Of a DNA stretch of 64,000 nt, positions 28,238 to 37,244 are shown piece after piece. Source of the DNA: Candidatus Parcubacteria bacterium (lineage in GTDB: Bacteria > Patescibacteriota > Saccharimonadia > UBA4664 > JBIOIQ01). The DNA is taken from contig OY970378.1 in assembly GCA_963718875.1 (NCBI GenBank), forward strand, positions 196,396-260,395, written 5' to 3'. Made by a program: the position numbers and the translations under genes. Each line of letters begins with the position of its first letter. The stretch's first letter is position 1. The notes beneath the pieces were generated by a model that saw only the letters and a program-made list of their open reading frames with translations, did not search any database and had not been told where the DNA came from.

Positions 28238-28626
28238 GATGGTTTCTCCGGTTGAGTGTGATCCTTGATCCATGCGGCTATGTTTGCTAGCTCAGGGTGT
28301 GTTTTTGCAGTCTCAAGCGTAAAGCATTCGCGTTCTTTAGCAGAGGCGGTGAGTATAATAGTGTTGAGATGGAGTAAGTACTCCAAACATGTGATAGCGG
28401 TGCGTTTGTTTCCGTCAACAAAAACATGGTAATTACATAGAGCTTCAAAAACGGCCGCGGCTTTGTCAAACATGTGGGGGTAGAGGTCTTCTCCTCCAAA
28501 GCTGGCTTGGGGTTTTTCGACAATTGCCTCAAGAAGCCCTGGTTCGCGTAAGCCTAAACTTCCTCCCGTGGTTTGCACTACGGTATCGTGGATACGCAAA
28601 ATATCCTGAATGCTGAGTAGCTCCAT
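28234..28626 (-). CDS. Doc/Fic-family toxin
   Basis: HVFVDGNKRTA motif. Confidence 0.9.
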   Translation of the reverse strand: MELLSIQDILRIHDTVVQTTGGSLGLREPGLLEAIVEKPQASFGGEDLYPHMFDKAAAVFEALCNYHVFVDGNKRTAITCLEYLLHLNTIILTASAKERECFTLETAKTHPELANIAAWIKDHTQPEKPS

Positions 28627-28838
28627 TACTTATTGGCTAATGATTCTAACAGGGAGCGGTTTTTTTCAATGTAGTTTGCTAGCCAAGAATCCAGCTTTTC
28701 GGTGTTGGCCGATATCGGGTTGAGTTCAAAAATAGGCTTGGAACGTTTGACTACGGTAAAGCTTTCGCCCCGTTTGGTGCGCTCAGCGATGTCGTCCATG
28801 TGTTCTCGTAAGTCTTTTAGGCCGATGATTGTGCCCAT
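28626..28838 (-). CDS. Phd/YefM-family antitoxin
   Basis: IIGLKDLRE...GESFTVVKRSKPIF; directly upstream of the toxin. Confidence 0.85.
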   Translation of the reverse strand: MGTIIGLKDLREHMDDIAERTKRGESFTVVKRSKPIFELNPISANTEKLDSWLANYIEKNRSLLESLANK

Positions 28839-29063
28839 AATGATGCTCCTTAGATTATCTTAAGGTTAACTTAAAGTGAGAATGAAGTCAATAATTTTTC
28901 TTTGTTGGGCATATCTTGAAACTTATTAGGCTTTTTCTGTGATAGAGTTGACATAAATCTTGCAAAATTTAATAATATGTGCTATAATCTGTAAATCGTG
29001 TGGCATTTCGTCACGCATGTACCACCATCGCCTAGACGGCATGGTAGAAATGGAGAGTGTATC

Positions 29064-29774
29064 GTGAGAACGATCACCCGTACCACCATCGCCGCCTTGG
29101 TTCTGGCAATCGGAGTCCTGATCTCGCCCATCAATTCGGCCACCGCGGCCGAGTGTGCCACGACCTCGTACACCGACAGCAACTCATCGCCGGTCAGCTC
29201 CAGCTCAGCCACCATCGTGGTGGCTGGCAACCCGAGCACCAACATCGTCTCGTGGGCAGTCCAGGCCAAGCCTGGATACTCGCTGTCGAGCGTGGAGGTC
29301 AAGATCAACGGGAGCAGGAACGTCTTCTCGACCAGCGCGACCGGGAGTGCTCCGGCAGGAGCCTACATCAGCCGCATCGATGCAGTGGCCTGTCCGGTTC
29401 CGGCCACGACGCTGCCGGCCACGACCGTTCCCGTCGCCACCCCACCGCAGACTCCAGCTCCGGCAACGCCTATCCCGGCTCCGAGTGTGCCCAGCGATTC
29501 GGCTTCACTGACGAACGCCAACACGCCTGACCTTCGGGCCGACCCGCCGGCTGAGCAGTCGAACGTCGTACTCCCCGCCAGCGCAACCCCCACTCCGGTG
29601 GCGGGTAGCAACGCGGGGGTCGTTCCGGCTTCGTCCGCTCCGGCTTCCGCCTCGGCCTCCTCCGGAAGGTATTTGGCACTTACCGGGCATGACACGGGGA
29701 TGTTGGTAGGTCTGGGTCTCCTGGCCATGCTGCTTGGTGGGGTCGTCCTTGCCCTGTCTCGCGGTAGCCGCTAA
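29064..29774 (+). CDS. GC-rich secreted P/A/T/S-rich protein with an LAXTG-type sorting signal
   Basis: signal peptide, proline-rich linker, YLALTG plus TM plus RGSR; promoter TTGCAA-17-TATAAT (28960-28988). Confidence 0.8.
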   Translation: MRTITRTTIAALVLAIGVLISPINSATAAECATTSYTDSNSSPVSSSSATIVVAGNPSTNIVSWAVQAKPGYSLSSVEVKINGSRNVFSTSATGSAPAGAYISRIDAVACPVPATTLPATTVPVATPPQTPAPATPIPAPSVPSDSASLTNANTPDLRADPPAEQSNVVLPASATPTPVAGSNAGVVPASSAPASASASSGRYLALTGHDTGMLVGLGLLAMLLGGVVLALSRGSR

Positions 29775-29790
29775 GTAACAGCGGCACAAC

Positions 29791-29831
29791 GCGCCGTTCC
29801 GGTAACGCACTCAGCGTTACCGGAACGGCGC
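29791..29831 (+). terminator. 18-bp perfect GC hairpin
   Basis: gcgccgttccggtaacgc-actca-gcgttaccggaacggcgc. Confidence 0.75.
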
Positions 29832-29900
29832 TCTTCATTTTATAAACGGCTTAATAGCATAAGCAGTATTGCCAAAAAAGCTGAACGTACTTATGATAGG

Positions 29901-30806
29901 GTGGAGATGAGAATTAATCCCAGACTTTTCGCCGTTGTTGCTGCCGTTACGCTGGTAGTCGGGTCTGTAGTTTTTATTTTAAAACCGCAATTATTCCCTA
30001 AAGCATATGGCAAAGTTGGTAATTATGTAGCTCGAGCGCCTGAGGTAGAGGCAATGATTAAGCAAAACCAAAATCTTGACACTTATGCAGCTGTCACTGT
30101 TTTGTTAGACTTACACTTATTCCGCCAAGTAGCTTCTAAATTGGGCCTAAACGTGACCGATGAAGAAGTAACGAAAGAGCTGCAAAAGCGCTTGGGTAAA
30201 AGTAAGCTTTGGGATAAACTGCATCTTAGTGCAGTGGCTGAGACACAATTATTGCGAGATAAATTGGCCTTGCGGGTGGCTGGAAACACTCGAGGGCGGG
30301 TTGTCATAATTCATTTTGAACAGCATTTTTATGTTTATGGCAGAGGAGATTTAAGGCCAGGTGAAACGGAAGCTAGAAGGCCTCAATATATTGCCGCCGA
30401 TCGGGCAGCTGCAGATGCGTTAAAGGATAGCATTTACCAGAAACTGCAAAATAAAACTATTAGTTTTGATCAAGCAATGCAGATGGAACTAGACGACCCC
30501 AAGGTGGGACCAAAAGTTATTCCGACGACTGTTCACTCTCGCACTTTTAACACAGCGGATAAGCTAACTCCGTTAAGTGGCTACTTGGACTTACCTGAGT
30601 TCAAGAAGTTATTTAGCGAAACGGCCGTTAATAGTTATTCGGCACCGACGCTGATTAAACTGCAGGCTTCTGATCAAGACAAGAGAATGGTTGATAGCTG
30701 GTGGGTGATTGTTCAGGTGGATGGACGTGACGCCGGCTTAGCCGATAGCCTTGAAGACTACATGAATACTCAAAAGAAAATTTTAAAATATGAGAAGACA
30801 TTATGA
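29901..30806 (+). CDS. membrane-anchored SurA/PrsA-like chaperone domain protein
   Basis: N-terminal TM; ASKLGLNVTDEEVTKEL helix typical of SurA N-terminal domains. Confidence 0.55.
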   Translation: MEMRINPRLFAVVAAVTLVVGSVVFILKPQLFPKAYGKVGNYVARAPEVEAMIKQNQNLDTYAAVTVLLDLHLFRQVASKLGLNVTDEEVTKELQKRLGKSKLWDKLHLSAVAETQLLRDKLALRVAGNTRGRVVIIHFEQHFYVYGRGDLRPGETEARRPQYIAADRAAADALKDSIYQKLQNKTISFDQAMQMELDDPKVGPKVIPTTVHSRTFNTADKLTPLSGYLDLPEFKKLFSETAVNSYSAPTLIKLQASDQDKRMVDSWWVIVQVDGRDAGLADSLEDYMNTQKKILKYEKTL

Positions 30807-33800
30807 AAATCTTAAAACGGTTAGCTAAACTCGGCGGAGTAAGTTTACTATTTTTGCTTGCCCATCTGTCAACTAGTTCACAAAACGCTTTGGCGGCTTG
30901 TGGGCGAAGTGATGGTGGAATGAGCAATCCAGCTGATGTAAGGGTTCATGTACGCAATAATGCCGGCAATGCTATGAATAATATTAGCTTTAACTTTTAT
31001 GAAGTAGATGGCTATACAAGTATGTGGCGATTTGATGAGGGCGGATACTATGTAGACGGTTCTGCTACTAGCAACCGTGATTTTACTAGTGGAGATACCT
31101 GCGCGGGCTCAGGTACGGTGGTACTGGCTTATCCAGGTAACGGGGGGAATGGTTGGGCTCTTGGTTGTACTCAGAGAACGGATACCGGTGGGCCTGGGGG
31201 AGGCAGTACTGGCAATCCCGCCACCTGGTCGTTTAGAAATATCACCATGCCAGGACCGGGCTCATGGAATATCCCGACTTTTCAAGTTGTTAACGGGTCA
31301 ACGACTGACGTTGACTTGGTTTGGACTCCTGATGCGCCGCCAGTTGGTGAGCAAGGAGTGCAAGGACGCGTTTACAATGACGCTAATGATAACAGGCAAT
31401 ATGATTCGGGTGAGGAAATTATTCAAAATCCCAGTGGTGCTTGTGGTTCATATTTAACCGTTGGTGCTACAGTAACGGCCGGTGGAACCACAGGCAATTT
31501 AAACGTTTGTAATCCAGATCCGTTATTTAAGATTTCAACAAACTCGGGAAACCAAAGAGTTGACTTAAATGTTCCTGCTGGATGGACGGCTACTACTCCA
31601 ACGTTTCGCAATGTAACCGTACCTTCAGGGTCATATTACAGCTTTACGATCGAGCAATGGTTTGGAATTAAGAGGAATGTTGTGGGTGGTGACCAAGGCG
31701 TTCAAGGACGCGTTTACAATGACGCTAATGATAACAGGCAATATGATTCTGGTGAAGAAATTATCCAGAATCCCAGCGGCGCCTGTGGTTCATATTTAAC
31801 CGTTGGTGCTACGGTATCGGCTGGTGGCACCACAGGTTATTTAAATGTTTGTAATCCAGATCCGTTATTTAAGATTTCAACAAACTCGGGAAACCAAAGA
31901 GTTGACTTAAATGTTCCTGCTGGATGGACGGCTACTACTCCAACGTTTCGCAATGTAACCGTACCTTCAGGGTCATATTACAGCTTTACGTATGGTGAAT
32001 GGTTTGGAATTAAGAGGAATGTTGTGGGTGGTGACCAAGGCGTTCAAGGACGCGTTTACAATGACGCTAATGATAACAGGCAATATGATTCGGGTGAGGA
32101 GATTATTCAAAATCCCAGCGGCGCTGCGGCTCATATTTGACCGTCGGCGCTACGGTAACGGCCGGTGGAACCACAGGCAATTTAAACGTTTGTAACCCAG
32201 ATCCGTTATTTAAGATTGCAACGAGCTCGGGGAACCAAAGGGTTACCGTGAATGTTCCTTCTGGGTGGACGGCTACCAATGGGACATTCCGCGATGTAAC
32301 TGTACCTTCAGGGTCGTATTACAGTTTTACGATCGAGCAATGGTTTGGAATTAAGAGGAATGTTGTGGCGTCAACTTTAACTCTGACTCCTCAGTGTAAT
32401 TCTGTTTCAGGTGAGGCTGAGATAAAAGCTACATGGGGTACGCCGTCAGGGCAGCCAGCTTACAACAATTACCAGGTGGCTGTACAAAGAAATGGAGGTC
32501 CGGTAACCCCAATTTGGACTAAAGATAGGATTCCAACGGGCTCGAATCCGACTACCGTAACAGCGCCAACCGACGGGTTCACTGCGACGCCCGGGGGATC
32601 TAAGCTGGCAAATCTGACATCTTATACTGTGAAAGTATCAACCGAAAATTTTACAAGTTTTGGTCCGTTTACAAACACAATTGTGAATACTCCGCCGTTT
32701 GCTACAGGTAATGTAACCACTCTTGATTGTGCTGGAGTAAATCCGCCAGAACCTACTCAAACTGTCAATTGTGATTCGACTACGGGATCAATAACTGCAA
32801 CGCTCAGCTGGACGGCCGGAGTTGGCGGAAACAATTTTAGAGCGGAAATCGGCCAAGGAGGTGCTATACCGGCAGCATACTTTTCCAAGGCTGTCAGCGG
32901 CGCCCCGGGCACATCTGTACCGGTTGGCTTTGTCCCGGCTGGAACAACACCGGCTGGAAGTGCTTTGACGTTGTCGCAAAATACTGATTATACCTATAGA
33001 ATTATTTACAATAATGGTAGTTATAGCGCCAAAACGGCTGGCCCAAAAACATTTAATACTGGTCCGTGTGCTGGCACCCCTCCATATGACAATGTTTTGG
33101 ACTTGGGCGGTGGCGCAACCTGCCAATCCGTACTTCAAAATAGTGATTTTGAGATCTTTCCTGTTGATGCTAGAAACCGAGGAACTGGTAGTAGTCCGTC
33201 AATAACAGTAGAAGTTGACGGAGGCCATGATGGCAGTCCTGGTGGCCCTGCTTCAGCTTGGATTACGGCGAATACGGTAGATACAACTGGGAGCCCAACA
33301 GTTTTGAGTTCTCCGCTTCGATACCGATGGAGTGCAGGTTCTCCTCCGCCAGGGAATGTACCATTCTTCAGTCAACACGCTTGGTGGCACGTGGGAGCCG
33401 CTCCAATAGGGACTACAATCTATTTCAACGGTAGAGTCTCGCCAGGAAAAGGAATTGATGGCGGAGTTATAACTGATGCATTTCATGATGCCACTTATGG
33501 TGGTGGAGTGTTACCTTGCATAACGGTTGTGAGCACCACTTCACCGTACTTTACTACTACGGGTAGTGACGTTCACGCCGGGGGAAGTGCTGGAAGCGGG
33601 TCTAACTGTACCTTGTCAGTTGCTGGGACGGGCAATATTCGCGGCCAGGTGAATCAAGACGGGGGAAGCCCGGCAGATTACCCCACAAAGGTTGAGTATG
33701 TCGTTTCAGCTCACGGAAACATCAATAATGTAGGTGGGGATGGGCTTCAATTCAGCAATATACCGTTTGCACCAGGACCGGGACATTATGGCAGTGTTTG

Positions 33801-34431
33801 TAGGCCGGATCTGGTAAACTTGGCCCTAAAGTATCCTGCTGCATCGACAAGCACTTATGTTCCAGGGACCAGTAATTTAGGTGGTGTCCGTGCCAACGAT
33901 ACGATGTTTAAACACGTAGGTGACGTAACATTGACAGCGCCTGTTACTATTGCCGGTCGAGTAACACTATTTGTCCAAGGAAATATAACTATTAAAGGTA
34001 ACATAAACTTTAATGCTGGTCCTTGGGCATGGAGTCCCGACCCTGCTCTAAATAATCTCCCGGCTCTTGGCATTATTGCAACGGGTGATATAAATATTGA
34101 TCCAGCAGTCACGCATCTTGACGGCTATTTCTTTGCAGGAGGGGCGGGTGGTCCCGGAGGGGTGTTTGATACCTGTGCAGGGGTGGTAATAAGTGGTCCT
34201 GGAGCAACAGCCAGCGTCTGCTCCAACGAGCTAGTTTTAAACGGTTTAGTTATGGCCAGTAAGTTCCGCTTGGCTCGCACAAGAGGTACAACCGTCCCGG
34301 GAACTACTCCAGCAGAAACATTCAATTTCTTAGGCGACATTTACTTGACTCCGCCGCCAGTGTTCCGGGATGCTTTTACTGCTCGTGCTACGGGACTTCA
34401 GTTCCAAGGTGAGCTACCTCCACTGTATTAA
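30803..34431 (+). CDS. large secreted pilus-associated adhesin-like protein, split by a frameshift near 32125
   Basis: signal peptide; three 114-aa SdrD-B-like repeats; Cys pairs; CPR-type beta-rich C-terminus; the third repeat lacks one base relative to copies 1-2. Confidence 0.75.
31346..32367 (+). repeat. 342-bp intragenic tandem repeat, three copies
   Basis: caaggacgcgtttacaatgac at 31361, 31703 and 32045. Confidence 0.95.
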
Positions 34432-34486
34432 GCTCATGGAATATACACTTCACAAATGCATTCCGCTTATGTTAGGATTAACTTAA

Positions 34487-35524
34487 ATGGGATTACTTGC
34501 GCAAGAAGTTAATTACTTTGGCCTAGATATTGGTAGCACACAGCTACGGTTGGTTCAGCTGAAAAAAACAGCTGGTAATCCGGCGCTTGTGACTTACGGC
34601 TCAGTTGATCTGCCCTCGGGTATGGCTGCTAGCGATTCGCAAACACATTTAGAAACATTGTCCAGGCTAATTAATCAGCTGGTTCGCGACACGCGCGCCA
34701 ACACCAATAACGTTGTAGTTGGATTACCTGCGAGTAGTTTGTTTACTTCAATTATTACCACTCCTAAGTTAACAGGAGCAGAGTTGGAGAAGGGGATACG
34801 ATTTCAAGCAGATCAATACATCCCGATGGCCATAGATCAAGTTAAGTTAGACTGGTCAGTTGTTGGGCCAGGTAAGTCAGACAAAGAACAAGAGGTGCTT
34901 TTGGTAGCAGCCTCTAATCTTGCCACTGAAAAGTATTCGACACTGTTAGAGAAGGCCGGTTTAGAAATTGTGGCACTTGAAGCAAATGCCACAGCTGCCA
35001 TGAGGTCTTTGGTTCGAGACGGTCAGGAGGCTGTAGTTATATTGGATATTGGAGATTTAGCGAGTGACTTAACAATTGTATACAACCAAAACCCTTATTT
35101 GGTTCGTTCAATTGCGGTTGGTGGCGGAACTTTGGTAAAAGCGGTCGCTCAGTCACTGAAACTTGACCAAGCGCAGGCCCAGCAGTTCGCTTATCGGTTT
35201 GGTTTAACTACCGCCAAACTTGAAGGAGAGGTATTAAAAGCAATTAAGCCGAGTGTTGATAGTTTAGTAAGCGAAGTTGATAAATCGCGCAAGTTTTTCC
35301 TAGGTCGTTATCCTGGAGTGAAGCTAGATAAGGTAATCATTACAGGGGGAACTACTAAGCTGCCAGAATTACCGACTTATCTTGCTAATGCTTTAGGTCT
35401 ACCTGTGGAGCTTGGGAATGCTTGGGTTGGAGTAAGTTATCCAAGCAATCAAGAGGATGCATTAATGGAGGTATCGGATCAATATGCTGTGGCCGTCGGT
35501 CTTGCCCAAAGGATGCTAGTATGA
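34487..35524 (+). CDS. pilM: type IV pilus assembly protein PilM
   Basis: GLDIGS, ADQYIP, ILDIG, ITGGTTKLP actin-like fold motifs. Confidence 0.92.
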   Translation: MGLLAQEVNYFGLDIGSTQLRLVQLKKTAGNPALVTYGSVDLPSGMAASDSQTHLETLSRLINQLVRDTRANTNNVVVGLPASSLFTSIITTPKLTGAELEKGIRFQADQYIPMAIDQVKLDWSVVGPGKSDKEQEVLLVAASNLATEKYSTLLEKAGLEIVALEANATAAMRSLVRDGQEAVVILDIGDLASDLTIVYNQNPYLVRSIAVGGGTLVKAVAQSLKLDQAQAQQFAYRFGLTTAKLEGEVLKAIKPSVDSLVSEVDKSRKFFLGRYPGVKLDKVIITGGTTKLPELPTYLANALGLPVELGNAWVGVSYPSNQEDALMEVSDQYAVAVGLAQRMLV

Positions 35525-35645
35525 AGTCTTTTCTGGCTAGCGCATTACGGCGTCGATCCCTCCAGTCCGCGTTCGCCGTAGGTCAACTACGGCTTTCTTG
35601 CGGGCTTCGGTCTCTCCTTGTACTGCATCAAGACATAAAAGACTT
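35524..35645. repeat. ~121-bp structured repeat, copy 3
   Basis: aagtctttt/aaaagactt ends, tccagtccgcg core, gccgtag/ctacggc inner stem. Confidence 0.7.
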
Positions 35646-35714
35646 AGTCAGAGACTCAAGTACGAAAGTCCTGATAACAGGGTTTAACGGTGATGACCTA
35701 AGGAGGGTGGGCAA

Positions 35715-36305
35715 ATGACGACGTTAATTAACCTGTTGCCAGATATCCGGCAGGACAAAGCCCGCAACAATCAGCGCCGTCGCATGGCAAAGCTGGCTGC
35801 ATTTGCTGTTTCAGGCGTGAGTTTAGGCTTGGTATTGATTTTATTCCTTATAACCTTAGGCCAAAAATATCGAATTAATAGTCTGTCGGAAGATATTAAG
35901 AGCAACCAAGCCGCTATTGATGAAATTAATGATTTACAACAAATACTGACGACTCAGCGACAATTAAGCTCGCTCGCGGAGCTCTACCAACAACGAGTAT
36001 TGATAACGAGATTATATGGAGTTTTGTCGGGCTTGCAGCCAAGAGAAATCGGTTTGCAATCGCTAAGTCTTGATGCTCAAAATACGTTAACGATGACAGC
36101 TCAAGCACGGAATTTTGGTTCCGTAACTAGGTTTGTAAAGGCCCTTCAAGCTAGTAATGTGTCAATTGGCAGCGGCGCAAATATCAATAGTCGTCCGCAT
36201 TTTTCTAACATAAAACTAGCGACAGTTACTTCAGATACCAATAACCTTGTAAGTTTTTCAGTAACTGCAACCATGTCGCCGGAGGTGACCAATGCCAACA
36301 AATAA
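35715..36305 (+). CDS. pilN: PilN-like protein
   Basis: INLLP motif, TM, coiled coil. Confidence 0.85.
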   Translation: MTTLINLLPDIRQDKARNNQRRRMAKLAAFAVSGVSLGLVLILFLITLGQKYRINSLSEDIKSNQAAIDEINDLQQILTTQRQLSSLAELYQQRVLITRLYGVLSGLQPREIGLQSLSLDAQNTLTMTAQARNFGSVTRFVKALQASNVSIGSGANINSRPHFSNIKLATVTSDTNNLVSFSVTATMSPEVTNANK

Positions 36306-36897
36306 ACCCAAGGCTGAATCAGTCCAGTCATTATCAGTTAATAAAACCATTGCGATTGCAGCTATGGGAACATTGATAGTGGTGCTTTTGTGTGGGTTTG
36401 CAGCCAAAACTTTAATTTCATTTATTGGATTTAATGGGCGTGTTATTGATAAAAAAAATACAGCAAATGAACAGCTCAAGGCAAACCTTCCCGCCGTTAC
36501 GGCTTTGGCTGCGAGCTATGTCGAGTTGGGTAGCAAACTCCAGCTTATAAACGACGCTCTGCCTACGACTCCAGATTTTCCCTCTGTTGTGTCAACGATA
36601 GAAGCGATAGCTGGGAGTAGCGGCGTACGCTTGAAATCAGTTACAACAGCTAATACAACACCTGTAGCTGCGGTAACTAGCACAGTTCCGCAGTCGTTTG
36701 AATTTAGTGTGTCTGTAGCGGGTAGCTACGATAATTTATTGAAGTTTTTCTCAAATATTGAATTGTCTTCGCGGCCGATGAAACTGCTTGGTCTTACCCA
36801 GACGGGAAGTTCTTCAGCTCAGTCAGCGGATCTTAAGCTGCAAACCTACTATCAAGCAGCAGTCGACACAACCCCTAAAAGCGAGGTAATAAAATGA
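36292..36897 (+). CDS. pilO: PilO-like protein
   Basis: ALP...GSYDNLLKFFSNIELSSRP; operon position. Confidence 0.8.
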   Translation: MPTNKPKAESVQSLSVNKTIAIAAMGTLIVVLLCGFAAKTLISFIGFNGRVIDKKNTANEQLKANLPAVTALAASYVELGSKLQLINDALPTTPDFPSVVSTIEAIAGSSGVRLKSVTTANTTPVAAVTSTVPQSFEFSVSVAGSYDNLLKFFSNIELSSRPMKLLGLTQTGSSSAQSADLKLQTYYQAAVDTTPKSEVIK

Positions 36898-37154
36898 AAT
36901 CAAAAGATTTATTATACTTAAGTATTGCAATTGTTCTGTTTGTTGTAACGGGTATATTGGCTGTATCTCAATTAGGAATCGGTAAAAGTTTATTTTCGCG
37001 TGAGGCTACTGTTGAGGTAGTGGCTCCAATATCATCTGAGCTTAACCAGAATGTTTTGACAGCGCTCACTGACGGAGTTCAAACTCGTGACTTTACGCCT
37101 CCGATCGATTTGCAAAATGGTTTGGGTAATCCAAGACCATTTAATCCTCTGTAG
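36894..37154 (+). CDS. small PilP-like pilus protein
   Basis: TM and C-terminal GNPRPF; position after pilO. Confidence 0.55.
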   Translation: MKSKDLLYLSIAIVLFVVTGILAVSQLGIGKSLFSREATVEVVAPISSELNQNVLTALTDGVQTRDFTPPIDLQNGLGNPRPFNPL

Positions 37155-37244
37155 AGAGAAGTTGATTATGCGCCTTGAAGTAGAAAATTCCGTGAAACCT
37201 CGGTCAATCAGAGTATTGGCTTATGATTTGCAGGAGCAACTATA

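Noticed and set aside
28982-29810. Overlapping alternative ORFs on both strands in the GC-rich gene (likewise at 17058-17629 and 20521-21172)
   Set aside because: Shadow ORFs are expected from high GC3; only one frame has an SD, promoter and coherent protein features.
31346-32367. Possible DGR template/variable repeats, given an Avd-like four-helix protein in the window
   Set aside because: The repeats are in-frame tandem domains with mostly synonymous, non-adenine-specific differences, and there is no reverse transcriptase in the window.
35422-35718. 98-aa ORF between pilM and pilN
   Set aside because: It overlaps pilM out of frame and spans the 121-bp structured repeat; probably non-coding.
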